Part shown: positions 25,086 through 35,497 of the stretch, piece after piece
Layout of the letters: each line of letters starts with the position of its first letter
How positions within the stretch are numbered: the stretch's first letter is position 1
IMG/VR virus record: IMGVR_UViG_3300029208_000007
Source of the DNA: a virus
DNA: 64,000 bases
Reading direction: 5' to 3' (one strand)
Program-made: the position numbers and the translations under genes
Notes under the pieces: generated by a model
Database searches by the model: none
The model's input: the letters and a program-made list of their open reading frames with translations, nothing else
What the model was told of the DNA's origin: nothing

Positions 25086-25812
25086 TGTAATTGGAAAGCT
25101 TTTGAAAACTGAAGATAATGATAAAAAAATCAGTCCTGCAGAATCAGAAAATGATTTGAGAGAATCAAAGAGAAGACTGGGAAGAATTTGTGGTGCGCTG
25201 TTAATTGAGCCGGATGATTATAAGCCAGCAAAAACGGTTAATAGTATTAATACATATATTTTAAAAACAAAAAATGTTGATAGAATTTTGTATTATATAA
25301 TAAGCGGATTTATTGTGGGGCTGGATGAAAAGGGAAGGGGCACTTTTTCAACAAATGTTGATAAACTTCTTCAATATGTTTTAGATGAAAAAAATTCTGT
25401 AGACGAAAATGTCAAAAAGATATGTATAAAATTATATGATCATTTCCAACTGAATCTTATTCAAATAGAAAGTGCGTCTATTATCACTAAGGATGCTATT
25501 GCTGAAGCAATGAAAAAAGAGATTGAGGAATCTCATAAAGAAATTAAAGGAATTCAAAAAGAATACATTACAATACTTGGGATTTTTGCAGCAATAATGT
25601 TGGCTTTTGTTGGAAGCTTTACATTTTCGACATCAGTTTTGAATAACGTTGGGAAGACAGATGTATTTGAGTTAGTGATAGTTGCCCTTGTCATAGGATT
25701 GGTTTTTATTCTTTTAATATCAATTTTAATAGATTTTTTGCGTGAGATAAATGATAAAGTTCTGATTAACCTCATACTTGCATCCACATTTGCAATTGAT
25801 TGTATCGTATAA
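25078..25812 (+). CDS. putative PanA-associated toxin, soluble N-domain + two C-terminal TM helices
   Basis: The start overlaps the antitoxin stop by 8 nt. C-terminal hydrophobic helices are ILGIFAAIMLAFVGSF and LVIVALVIGLVFILLISILI. Confidence 0.5.
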   Translation: MADVIGKLLKTEDNDKKISPAESENDLRESKRRLGRICGALLIEPDDYKPAKTVNSINTYILKTKNVDRILYYIISGFIVGLDEKGRGTFSTNVDKLLQYVLDEKNSVDENVKKICIKLYDHFQLNLIQIESASIITKDAIAEAMKKEIEESHKEIKGIQKEYITILGIFAAIMLAFVGSFTFSTSVLNNVGKTDVFELVIVALVIGLVFILLISILIDFLREINDKVLINLILASTFAIDCIV

Positions 25813-25874
25813 TTCCATATTTGCCCCTCCTTTAAAAAACATTGTATCACAATCATTGAAAGGAATAAACATAA

Positions 25875-26261
25875 ATGAGAGGATTAAAAAGACAGAAACA
25901 GACCGTGTACTGGTCAAGAGTAACCGAAACACTTGAGGGAATAGATACCGTACCGACATACAGTCAACCGCAAAGCTTTAAGTTTTCTGTATCATCTACC
26001 GCGGGAACACCAGAGGAAATATCGGCTGGTATTGTTCTGGATTACGACAGGTACATTACTTCCTTCAACCGTTCTTTCCATCCGCAAGAGGGAGATGTAT
26101 TTTGGATTGATACCGTGCCACAGGTTGACGCACTGGGAAATCTGGTTTTGGAAGATGGTATTCCTACAACACCGCCAGATTATCGTTTGAAGAAAATCCT
26201 TGATACGCAAAGAGGAAATCTGGCTAGATATGGAATTAAAAAGATAGGTGCAGAAGAATGA
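25875..26261 (+). CDS. head-tail joining protein (putative)
   Basis: Position and size. Confidence 0.4.
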   Translation: MRGLKRQKQTVYWSRVTETLEGIDTVPTYSQPQSFKFSVSSTAGTPEEISAGIVLDYDRYITSFNRSFHPQEGDVFWIDTVPQVDALGNLVLEDGIPTTPPDYRLKKILDTQRGNLARYGIKKIGAEE

Positions 26262-26776
26262 GCGGACGAGTAATCAAATGCAATCTGAGCCAAAAATCTA
26301 TTGGAAATGTAATCAAAGAATTGAAAGCATATCAAAACAGTCTTTGCGATAAAAATGAAGTATTTCTTAAAAGGCTTTGCGAATTGGGAATTCCTGTCAT
26401 AGACGAAAATATTATGTTGGCACAAGGAGATTCTGACAGGAACCACAATACCTACATCAAAATCAACAGGTTCGGAAATTACGCGCAGGCAACTCTTGTG
26501 TGCGAAGGCTCTGGACTTTTGTTCATAGAATTCGGTGCTGGTATTTCGTACAACACTCCGGCAGGAACAAGCCCCCATCCAAAAGGAGAAGAATTCGGAT
26601 ATACCATTGGTTCCTACGGACAGGGCAAAGGAAAAAACGAATCGTGGGTATATGTGGCAGATTCTGGCGAATGGGTGCGTTCTTACGGTACAGAGGCTAC
26701 AATGCCCGTTTACAAAGCGAGCGTAGAAATTATGCAGAATATCCGTAGAATCGCAAAAGAAGTGTTTTCTGCATAA
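26258..26776 (+). CDS. head-tail joining / tail completion protein (putative)
   Basis: Position and overlapping start. Confidence 0.4.
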   Translation: MSGRVIKCNLSQKSIGNVIKELKAYQNSLCDKNEVFLKRLCELGIPVIDENIMLAQGDSDRNHNTYIKINRFGNYAQATLVCEGSGLLFIEFGAGISYNTPAGTSPHPKGEEFGYTIGSYGQGKGKNESWVYVADSGEWVRSYGTEATMPVYKASVEIMQNIRRIAKEVFSA

Positions 26777-26782
26777 AAACAT

Positions 26783-26866
26783 AACACCTTTTCTTACTGA
26801 ATATAACGTCTGTTTTATGTATACTGTAAGATATAAAAACATCTACCGGAACGGTGGGTGCTTTTT
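26783..26866 (+). promoter_or_regulatory. late regulatory cassette copy 2
   Basis: A 25-nt box identical to copy 1 (26783-26807), TATGTATACT (26817-26826), and hairpin CATCTACCG..CGGTGGGTG (26840-26860) followed by CTTTTT. Confidence 0.6.
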
Positions 26867-26894
26867 CTATGCTCAAAATAAGGTGGTGACAGAG

Positions 26895-27296
26895 ATGCCA
26901 GATGTAGTAAAAAATCCAGTTTCGGATGTATTTGAACGATGGAAAGCAACTATTGAACCCGTTGTAGGAAAAGGGAACTTTTCTAATGACGAAAGTCAGA
27001 CGGTAGCTTCAAACAAAAGGGTTTACGCACGTTTGTTCTTACTTGGAAATCCAACATCACGTGGCAATCTTGAGGGAGATGAGTGCGCGACAACGCCATC
27101 TTTCCAATCAGAATCCTATGCGACTGGTTCAAAAGCTTCTTCAAAAGCATATGAAATTGACGATGCCAGTCACAAGGCTATGGTTGGCATGGGGTTCCGT
27201 AGGATATACGGGCCCGTAAGACAAAATAATGCTGATAACAGCATAAAACGTGTTGTTAGCAGATATAGCCGGATATATACTGGCACATTACTCTAG
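26895..27296 (+). CDS. tail completion protein (putative)
   Basis: ATG follows AAGGTGG. The upstream part of the ORF is the regulatory cassette. Confidence 0.4.
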   Translation: MPDVVKNPVSDVFERWKATIEPVVGKGNFSNDESQTVASNKRVYARLFLLGNPTSRGNLEGDECATTPSFQSESYATGSKASSKAYEIDDASHKAMVGMGFRRIYGPVRQNNADNSIKRVVSRYSRIYTGTLL

Positions 27297-27314
27297 GAAA
27301 GGAGTGAGAAAAAC

Positions 27315-27608
27315 ATGGAACAGATTATGAATTACGTGAAACCGGAACTTCTTATTGTCGCGGTTGTACTGTACTTTATCGGAATGGGAATCAAAAAATC
27401 CGAAGTCATACCGGACAAATATATTCCGGCAATCCTTGGTGCTTTAGGCATTCTGATTTGTGGAATTTATGTTATTGCTACATGCGCTATATCTGGCGCA
27501 CAGGAAATCGCAATGGCAATTTTTACCGCAATCACACAGGGAATCCTCGTTGCAGGACTTAGTAATTATGTAAATCAGATTGTAAAGCAGGCAAGCAAAG
27601 AAGACTAG
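27315..27608 (+). CDS. holin (Hol44 / phage_holin_5-like)
   Basis: KPELLIVAVVLYFIGMGIKKSEVIPDKYIPAILGALGI...GILVAGLSNYVNQIVKQ, with 2-3 TM helices. Confidence 0.65.
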   Translation: MEQIMNYVKPELLIVAVVLYFIGMGIKKSEVIPDKYIPAILGALGILICGIYVIATCAISGAQEIAMAIFTAITQGILVAGLSNYVNQIVKQASKED

Positions 27609-27647
27609 AAGGAGGTGATCCTTTTATCTCCCGGTACAGGGTTACGT

Positions 27648-27672
27648 ACTAGAACCAGAGCCGTTAAGGCTC
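27648..27672 (+). terminator. intrinsic terminator after holin gene
   Basis: AGAGCC-gttaa-GGCTCT followed by TTTTTT. Confidence 0.7.
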
Positions 27673-27718
27673 TTTTTTATTGCAACAAATTATAGCCGAA
27701 AGGCAGAAAGGAGCCAAA

Positions 27719-28198
27719 ATGGCACGATTAACTACACTTGGTGTGAAATTTTCATATGCCGTTGAAACCGTGAAAGACACAAAACCTGCCAAATTCACAC
27801 AGCTGGAAGAAGCCTCTTCCATCGGCGGTATTTCTCTTGACACAGAACAGATTGATGTTTCTGCACTGGAAGATTATCTGACTCAGTATGCAGCTGGTAG
27901 ACAGGATACAGGTGGTACTTGGGAGATTGAATTTATCATGGATCCAGACAAATCTGTTAAACAGATTAAAAAACTGTACGAAGATTCTAAGGCTGCAAAA
28001 ACTACAGGACTGGCAACTTGGTTCCAGGTATCATTCCCGGATATGTCAGACGCGTTCTTTGTTATTGCAGAATGCGGTCGCGAAATTCCAATGCCAGAAA
28101 TTGCACAGAACGAAGCAGCAACCATGTCTATTTCTCTTATCATCAATACATATAAGGGACTGGATGCCAAAATTGAGCCGACAGCGGCTACTGAATAA
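27719..28198 (+). CDS. major tail protein
   Basis: ATG follows GAAAGGAG. Position is upstream of the chaperone pair and tape measure. Confidence 0.7.
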   Translation: MARLTTLGVKFSYAVETVKDTKPAKFTQLEEASSIGGISLDTEQIDVSALEDYLTQYAAGRQDTGGTWEIEFIMDPDKSVKQIKKLYEDSKAAKTTGLATWFQVSFPDMSDAFFVIAECGREIPMPEIAQNEAATMSISLIINTYKGLDAKIEPTAATE

Positions 28199-28222
28199 GA
28201 TGTAAAGCAGGGAGGATAATTC

Positions 28223-28645
28223 ATGTTTAGTTTTTCAGCGAATGGCAAAACATACAAAGTAAAATTCGGATATGGCGTACTTACTCAGTCAGACATTCTT
28301 ACACAAGTGTCTTCTATGGGAGCAATCAACAATCCGAAAGATATGATTAAAATGCTTCCAGAACTGATTCTAGTAGGATTGCAAAAAAAGCACAAGGATG
28401 AATTCGGATATGAAACCGAAGAAGAAAAGAAAATTGCATACGATAAAGTGTGCGATCTTCTGGACGACTACGAAGATGAATCCACAGAGGAAAATCCTCA
28501 TAATGGATTTACTTTATTTGAAAAAGCAAGTCAGGAGCTTGAAAAGAACGGTTTTTTATCCGGAATGGTAAAAGCAATGGAGGAGAAATCGGAGGAAGAA
28601 AAGAAACTTCCGAAGACTCCGCAGGATCACAAGAAGAAGAGCTAA
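28223..28645 (+). CDS. tail assembly chaperone (G-like)
   Basis: Position immediately before the tape measure. It carries a slippery site. Confidence 0.75.
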   Translation: MFSFSANGKTYKVKFGYGVLTQSDILTQVSSMGAINNPKDMIKMLPELILVGLQKKHKDEFGYETEEEKKIAYDKVCDLLDDYEDESTEENPHNGFTLFEKASQELEKNGFLSGMVKAMEEKSEEEKKLPKTPQDHKKKS

Positions 28646-29049
28646 CTTTTCCAGAAGTAGTTCATAAAAAGTTACTTCCATTGTATTTATCAATCGGTGT
28701 TTCAGAAGAAAAGTTTATGGATTCTACACCATATGATTTAGAACCATATATGGAAGCCTACAAATTAAAACAAAAAATGGCTGATTCGCAAGCATGGCAG
28801 TTCAACATGTACACGATGTGTGCAGTTCAGACTGCGGTTGCAAATGTGCTTATTGGTAAAAAGTCAAAGGCTGAATACCTTAAAGAACCATTTTCACAAA
28901 CAGCCGAAAAGCAAAAGCAAGAGGATGAAGAAAATCTTTCTGAAACAGAAAAGAAACGGCAACGTGACAGGTTGCTCATGACATTGCAACTCATGCAAGC
29001 AAATTTTGAGCTGAATCATGGTAATAATGACGAGGGCAGGCAGGATTAA
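28552..29049 (+). other. -1 frameshift site T TTT TTA and T-like chaperone extension
   Basis: Heptamer at 28552-28558 in the zero frame (GGT TTT TTA). The -1 frame is open from 28504 to 29049. Confidence 0.7.
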
Positions 29050-29095
29050 AAGTCTTGTCTGCCCTTTATTTTTTTGATTAAAAGGAGGTGCTTTA

Positions 29096-32000
29096 ATGGC
29101 CGATAATACCATAGATACCCTCAATATACAAATAGAGAGTAGCACAACTCAGGCGGTGCGGTCTATTAATAACCTTGTAAAAAAATTAGATACATTAAAC
29201 ACTGCTTTTGGAAATCTTGACATAAGCCGGTTAAATAATTTTTCCAATTCTTTAAAAAGTTTAGGTAGCGTGAATTTCAAAGCAAATGGATTGAATGCGG
29301 CTATAAACGCTATCAATCGTCTTGGAAAATCTGATTTCAGTCAGTTTGATACAGGGAAATTAGGCAAAATTCTTACTGAGATGCAGAAACTTGATGCTAT
29401 TCCAGATGTTTCTCCGAGCGTTAGCCGGTTCACAACCGCTATAGCTAAGCTTTCCGGTACAGGACAGTATATCGGCAATGTATCAAAGGAACTTCCGAAT
29501 CTTGCGACAGGTTTAAATAATGCGGCTACTAAATTAGGCTCTATGAGTGAAGTATCAGCATCCACCAATGCCTTTATTACTTCTCTTGGAAAATTAGCTG
29601 GTGCAGGAGATAAAACTGGAAAGACTGCAAGTCAATTATCAACTCTCGCGCAAGAGGTTTTGAAGTTTTTTGACGTAATGAAAAGCGCACCAGATATCAG
29701 TTCGAGTACAATAAGAATGACAGAAGCTCTTGCAGTATTAGCATCGTCTGGAAGCAAAGTAGGGCGTGCCACAAATAGCGTTTCGAATTCATTTAACGCG
29801 CTTTCTTCGTTAGGTTCAAAAGCAAGTACTGTAATCAATGGGCTGACAAATGCTTTTCAAAAATTTGCTTCAAAAGCTATTTCTTTAGGCGGAAAAGCTG
29901 TATCTGCAATCGCAGGTATTGGAAATGCATCGTCTGAAACTGGTGAAAAAATAAGAAGATTGTCAAACCCTATGAGTTCAGTAACTGATAAGTTGAGTGC
30001 TCTTTACGCCAAAGGTTTCCTCGTAAAAAGAGCATTAGATGTTCTGACATCGCCAGTAGAATCCGCAATGAACTATGTAGAGACTCTGAACTATTTCAAC
30101 TCTGCGTTCAATCAGGTGGCAGAAGGAATCAACACTGACGAATGGAAAAAAAGTGGCATAAAATCCGCTGAAGCATATGCAAATTCATTCCAGGAAAGGG
30201 CAAAACAGCTTTCACAGAAACTGACAGGATTCGAAATTTCAGATACTGGTGAACTGGCTAGAACCAATACCGCTAGTCTTGGACTTGACCCAGAAAAAAC
30301 AATGCAGTATCAGGCAACATTTGCACAGATGGCATCATCTATGGGCGATACATCAGAGACTGCCTTAAGATTGTCTAATGCACTTACTATGATTGGTGCT
30401 GACCTTGCTTCTGTACGAAACATGGACTTCGAGGATGTATGGCAGGACATGGCATCTGGCTTGACTGGTATGAGCCGTGCAATGGACAAGTACGGCATCA
30501 ATATCCGTAATGCTAATATGCAACAAGAATTATACAATCTGGGAATCGACACCAGCATATCAAAGTTATCTCAGGCAGATAAAACGATTTTGAGAACGAT
30601 TATCTTGCTGAACAACTCTAAGTATGCATGGGCTGATTTATCAAACACGATCAATCAACCGGCAAATCAGATTCGTATGCTTCAATCTAACTTTGCATCC
30701 CTTGGTAGAACAATAGGTTCCTTATTCATTCCTATACTGCAAACAGTACTTCCATATATCAATGCAATAGTAATCGCAATACAAAGAATGTTCGCTTATA
30801 TTGCAAAACTTCTTGGAATCAAACTGTCTAACTTTGTATCATCTACTGGCGGTATTTCTGTAGATACAAGTAACATTGCGGATGATATGGATAATGCCAG
30901 TGATTCTATTGATACTGCAAATAAGAATGCCAAAAAGCTCAAAAAAACATTGTCAGTTCTTTCATTTGATGAACTGAATCAGCTTAATGACAATTCTGAT
31001 TCTGGTAGTACAAGTAATCCATCTTCTGGCTCTGGAAAAGGCGGTTTGGGGCATATCAAAGCACTTGATGCAGCTTTGAACGATGCTTTATCTGCATATC
31101 AAAAAGCATGGGACGAAGCATTCAAGAAAATGTCCAACAGGGCAAATGAAATGGCAGATGCCATTGTAAATGCCTTTAAGAGAAAAGACTGGAAAGGCCT
31201 TGGAAAAATCATGGCTGATGGCATCAACTGGGGAATGCAAAAGCTTTATGATTTCATTAACTGGAATAACGTAGGCCCGTACATCACTAAATTCACCAGT
31301 GCGTTCACCCAGACTTTCAACAGCCTTGTTGATAATATCAACTGGGATTTGATGGGACGTACCGTTGGAGCTGGTATGAATACTATTGTAAATACTGCAA
31401 ACCAACTTCTGGAAGGAATCGACTGGAAGAACCTTGGTGCTAAATTTGCCAATGGTATCACTGGCCTTGTTCGTGAAGTGAATTGGGAAAACTTCGGCAA
31501 TCTGCTTGGAAATTCCTTTATGCGTGGATGGGATATTTTCTCAGGCTTCGTAGAAAATCTCCAGTACGGAGAAATTGGAACAGCTGTCGCAGAAGGCTTG
31601 AACGGAATCTTTGAAAAGATTAATTTCGGTGAAATTGCTCATACACTTGCAACTGGATTGAATGGTGCTTTTGATACATTGGCTTCATTTACAGCAAGCT
31701 TTAATTGGGAAAATCTTGTTGATAACATTACAAATGGAATCACCACATTCATGCAAGAATTCAACTGGAAAGAGAATGGACAGAAGTTAGAAGAATTTAT
31801 TAACAAATTACTCACGTCACTTATCGAGATTGCAAGGGGTGTCGATTGGGAAGCGTTTGGACACAATGTAGGCGTATTCCTCAGTGAAATTGACTGGGGA
31901 AAACATCTTGCACAGTTACTTACGGTTATCGGAGACGTTCTTGGTGGAATCTGGGAAGGACTTGGAACAACATCTGCCGGCACATTTGTTCAGGCAATGG

Positions 32001-33745
32001 CTGTTTTTGCTATTGGTAATAAGCTCATGCCATTAGTTGATACAATTACTAAGTTTTTTACAGGTGATACTGTATTTGGAAATCTTTCTAAAGCTGTACA
32101 AGGTATGCTGAGTCCCGCAATCACAGAAGCAGTCTCAACAACTATTCCGGCTCTTGGGACATCGTTAGGCTCACTTGTTGCAACTGGTGGTGGAATTGCT
32201 CTTGCAGTAGATGGTGCAGTATTACTTACCAAGAAATTAGCAGGACTTTTTGAGACCATGCAAGGTGGTAATGGAATGACTACACAGTATGGTGGTTATC
32301 TCCATGATTACGCAACACAGCTTACTAATGTAGCGAATCTTACTAATGAGCAGTCAGAAGCATTATGGCAGCTGATTGAAAAGGACGAAGAACTTGGAAA
32401 AACTCATGACGAAATGTATGCTGATATGGTTGAAAAACTGAAAGAGTATGGTGTTTCATCCGATCAGGCTAGAACAGCTCTTGAGCAGTATGGCGCACAG
32501 GCAGGTGTATCGGCTGAATTTGTTGAAGGCATGACCAATCAAATTTCTGCTCTTGGAGAATGCGTGTCTGAAGCTGCAAGCAAGTTTGATACGTCAAAGA
32601 TCAGCGTTGATAATTTGAAAGATACTCTGTACGCATTGAGCCTTTCTTCCGCTGAATTTGGGGGAAATTATACGACTGCATGGAATATGATTAGTGAAGT
32701 CCCATACAGCAATACAACTGATGCACTAAATGCAGTTTATACTTCATTGAAAAACGCAGGTGTTCCGCTCGATGAATTGAACAGTAAATTATCGAAAGAT
32801 TTCCCGAACGCTACGTTAGCCACAAAATCAGCAGTAGACAAGAATATTGTTGGAGCACAGCAGACTATATCAACATCAGTTGGACAGGCATCAAGAGACA
32901 CTCAAACAGCCACAAATCAAATGGCAAAAAATGCCACAGATGATTTCTCGGAAATCCAGAAACAGGCTGATACTTACATGAAAGGCATGGAAACTACAAC
33001 TACTAGCTCATGGGGAAATTCTTCCAGAGAAGCGACATTAAAGGCAAGGGAGATGAAAAATGCCGTAAGTACAGAACTTGGAAATATGGACAAATCTGTA
33101 ACAAGCCATTTCCAAAGTCAGTACAACATTGCTTATAAGAAATGGGAGAATATCGGAAGAGATATCTCTTCTTATGTTTCTGGAAGTATGTCAAAGAGTA
33201 TGGATAGCTCTTTAAATAGCTTTATGAGAACTATTCGCAGCGCATTCAGTGATATGTACAGCATTGGCCATAATGCGGCTCAATCATTAAGAAATGGAAT
33301 GAAATCCGTGAGAATGCCTACGCTTTCGTATTATATTTCTCAGTGGAAAACACATAGCCTTGGGAACGGCGGTACCAGTTCAACCCCTGTCTATAGTCCG
33401 AACTGGTATGCAAAAGGTGGTTTGTTCAAAAATGCATCTGTCATTGGTGTAGGCGAAGCAGGACAGGAAGCTGTTCTTCCTTTGGAAAATCAAAAAGCCA
33501 TGAAATCCATTGCCGACAGTATCATGTCCGGCTATGACGGCAACATGGGACTTACGAAAGATGAGATCATGGAAGCTGTCGAGCGTGGCGTAGTTACCGC
33601 TTTGATGAACAATGGTGGCTTTGGCGGTTCTTCGCCGGAGTACATCATGAACAGCATCAAAGTGAACGAGCGTGAACTGGCACGAATTGTCACAAAGGCT
33701 CAGAACAACACAGATTACCGCATGAATCCGTCCCCGGCATATTGA
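29096..33745 (+). CDS. tape measure protein
   Basis: 1549 aa, helical and repetitive, located after the chaperone pair. Confidence 0.9.
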   Translation: MADNTIDTLNIQIESSTTQAVRSINNLVKKLDTLNTAFGNLDISRLNNFSNSLKSLGSVNFKANGLNAAINAINRLGKSDFSQFDTGKLGKILTEMQKLDAIPDVSPSVSRFTTAIAKLSGTGQYIGNVSKELPNLATGLNNAATKLGSMSEVSASTNAFITSLGKLAGAGDKTGKTASQLSTLAQEVLKFFDVMKSAPDISSSTIRMTEALAVLASSGSKVGRATNSVSNSFNALSSLGSKASTVINGLTNAFQKFASKAISLGGKAVSAIAGIGNASSETGEKIRRLSNPMSSVTDKLSALYAKGFLVKRALDVLTSPVESAMNYVETLNYFNSAFNQVAEGINTDEWKKSGIKSAEAYANSFQERAKQLSQKLTGFEISDTGELARTNTASLGLDPEKTMQYQATFAQMASSMGDTSETALRLSNALTMIGADLASVRNMDFEDVWQDMASGLTGMSRAMDKYGINIRNANMQQELYNLGIDTSISKLSQADKTILRTIILLNNSKYAWADLSNTINQPANQIRMLQSNFASLGRTIGSLFIPILQTVLPYINAIVIAIQRMFAYIAKLLGIKLSNFVSSTGGISVDTSNIADDMDNASDSIDTANKNAKKLKKTLSVLSFDELNQLNDNSDSGSTSNPSSGSGKGGLGHIKALDAALNDALSAYQKAWDEAFKKMSNRANEMADAIVNAFKRKDWKGLGKIMADGINWGMQKLYDFINWNNVGPYITKFTSAFTQTFNSLVDNINWDLMGRTVGAGMNTIVNTANQLLEGIDWKNLGAKFANGITGLVREVNWENFGNLLGNSFMRGWDIFSGFVENLQYGEIGTAVAEGLNGIFEKINFGEIAHTLATGLNGAFDTLASFTASFNWENLVDNITNGITTFMQEFNWKENGQKLEEFINKLLTSLIEIARGVDWEAFGHNVGVFLSEIDWGKHLAQLLTVIGDVLGGIWEGLGTTSAGTFVQAMAVFAIGNKLMPLVDTITKFFTGDTVFGNLSKAVQGMLSPAITEAVSTTIPALGTSLGSLVATGGGIALAVDGAVLLTKKLAGLFETMQGGNGMTTQYGGYLHDYATQLTNVANLTNEQSEALWQLIEKDEELGKTHDEMYADMVEKLKEYGVSSDQARTALEQYGAQAGVSAEFVEGMTNQISALGECVSEAASKFDTSKISVDNLKDTLYALSLSSAEFGGNYTTAWNMISEVPYSNTTDALNAVYTSLKNAGVPLDELNSKLSKDFPNATLATKSAVDKNIVGAQQTISTSVGQASRDTQTATNQMAKNATDDFSEIQKQADTYMKGMETTTTSSWGNSSREATLKAREMKNAVSTELGNMDKSVTSHFQSQYNIAYKKWENIGRDISSYVSGSMSKSMDSSLNSFMRTIRSAFSDMYSIGHNAAQSLRNGMKSVRMPTLSYYISQWKTHSLGNGGTSSTPVYSPNWYAKGGLFKNASVIGVGEAGQEAVLPLENQKAMKSIADSIMSGYDGNMGLTKDEIMEAVERGVVTALMNNGGFGGSSPEYIMNSIKVNERELARIVTKAQNNTDYRMNPSPAY

Positions 33746-33978
33746 TTTTTGCGGTAGAATTTGATATACTAAACGAGAAATAGTTATTACATTTGTTGAA
33801 GAGAGCACACTAAAGATGAAACGAGGGAAAAACCTCACGATTCTTTTGTGTGCTCTTTTTTTGTTTGGTAAAACCAACAGGCTAACCCGACGGGGGACAA
33901 GCGGAAATGCCTTGCCGCCTGCCTGTTGATTTACATACATTTCAAGGCATCTTATATACGAAAGGCAGGTATTTTTTT

Positions 33979-34344
33979 ATGGCAAAATCTTTTAACTACC
34001 GTAAATATTACAAAGACTATTATGGGATTGATTTCGACAGTAACTATGTAATCCACCATATTGACTTTGACAGAAGCAACAATGATATTAATAATTTAAT
34101 TCTATTACCTTCGAAGTTACATAGTCGATATCACTTTTTATTAACTGGATTTAATTCTGATAAAAACAATAAAGGGATTGCAAGTCTTGATTTTAAAATC
34201 GTCTCAGAATGTGGGAGCATCCCTATGTTCGGAATAAACATGATGAAAAATTTATGTGAAACAATGGCAGAAATTGATAAATGGGTAAGAATAAAATCCG
34301 ATATGGATAGAGCAAAATACAACAAAGAAGTGTATGGTATTTAA
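33979..34344 (+). CDS. HNH endonuclease
   Basis: HHIDFDRSNNDINNLILLPSKLHSRYH. Confidence 0.7.
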   Translation: MAKSFNYRKYYKDYYGIDFDSNYVIHHIDFDRSNNDINNLILLPSKLHSRYHFLLTGFNSDKNNKGIASLDFKIVSECGSIPMFGINMMKNLCETMAEIDKWVRIKSDMDRAKYNKEVYGI

Positions 34345-34435
34345 TATGTGGTAAATTCAGTAGGCTAGGGTAGCTCCCGAAAATCTCACCTCCAAGAGAT
34401 ATGCCTACTGTTTTTATAAATTTGGAGGATTGAAA

Positions 34436-35497
34436 ATGAATGGAGGTCATTTTATGGCAGTATTTAGAGTACACAAAACAAAGAATTATACGCTGATGAG
34501 TAATCATCATCTTAGAGATAAGGATTTGAGTTTAAAAGCAAAAGGGCTTTTATCTGTAATGTTTTCATTACCGGATTCTTGGAACTATTCTATTCCCGGG
34601 TTATGTGCAATTTTAAAGGAAAATGAAACGGCAGTGAAATCAACCATAAAAGAGTTAAAAGCAACAGGGTATCTTATTGTGGATAAGAAAAAGCCTTGCA
34701 AAGAAGAGGGACGATCTAAGTTTGAGTACATTTATAACATTTACGAAACTCCGCATGAGGTATCTGACAATAGCAATAATCAAGAGGCTTTTTTTCAAGG
34801 TATAGAAACCCTAGCCCTAGAAGTCCCAGAGGTAGAACATCACCCCCATAATAAAAGAACTGATATATCAACTACTGATAAATCAATTACTGATAAATCA
34901 ATTACTGATACAGATAAAGACTGTACTTTATCAAGTACAGAGGAAAAGACTTTACCATCGTCTGGTAAAGGAGTAAAGACTTCTGCTCCTAATAATATTA
35001 AAAATATAAATATAAATAATATACCACCTAGAACGAAAGAGCAGAAGCAGGAACGGTACGCACATGCGAAAAATAATCGCTCTGTCGATTACAAAGACGA
35101 AGAACTACCGACAATCCTGTACAATGGATTTAATTCTCTGTACGGGGACAAAGAAGATATTTTGGAAGACCACGACATCTGCCTGACTATGGCATTAGTC
35201 AGCAACTTCTTTGAAAAATTCAAACAGTATCGGGGAGAACGACACCCGATGGTTTATGCCAATGATCTTGACCAGTTTCTGAGTATGATTCGAAATGCTG
35301 ACTTGGATATGGTGAAAGACGGAATAGTCGAAGAAGACGAGGAGCCGCAATATTATCTGGACATGATGGACGAGTATTTCGGCTCTGACATTGGGAAAAA
35401 CAACAATATGGACTGCGATTATCATATCTGGCTGTTCTTCACGGAGAAGACACAGAACATTTTGTATAACCGCGTGAAACAGAAACGGGAGGAATGA
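34436..35497 (+). CDS. wHTH replication-organizer-like protein
   Basis: N-terminal pattern FRVHKTKNYTLMSNHHLRDKDLSLKAKGLLSVMFSLPDSWNYSIPGL. It also has the internal tandem repeat TDKSITDKSITD. The start could be 34454. Confidence 0.5.
   Translation: MNGGHFMAVFRVHKTKNYTLMSNHHLRDKDLSLKAKGLLSVMFSLPDSWNYSIPGLCAILKENETAVKSTIKELKATGYLIVDKKKPCKEEGRSKFEYIYNIYETPHEVSDNSNNQEAFFQGIETLALEVPEVEHHPHNKRTDISTTDKSITDKSITDTDKDCTLSSTEEKTLPSSGKGVKTSAPNNIKNININNIPPRTKEQKQERYAHAKNNRSVDYKDEELPTILYNGFNSLYGDKEDILEDHDICLTMALVSNFFEKFKQYRGERHPMVYANDLDQFLSMIRNADLDMVKDGIVEEDEEPQYYLDMMDEYFGSDIGKNNNMDCDYHIWLFFTEKTQNILYNRVKQKREE

Noticed and set aside
33865-33978. ZTP (pfl) riboswitch upstream of the HNH gene, suggested by the sequence GCCGCCTGCCTG.
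   Set aside because: Only the CCGCCTG fragment resembles the motif. The 5' subdomain consensus is absent and the gene context (HNH) is wrong. It is kept only as a generic attenuator-like structure.
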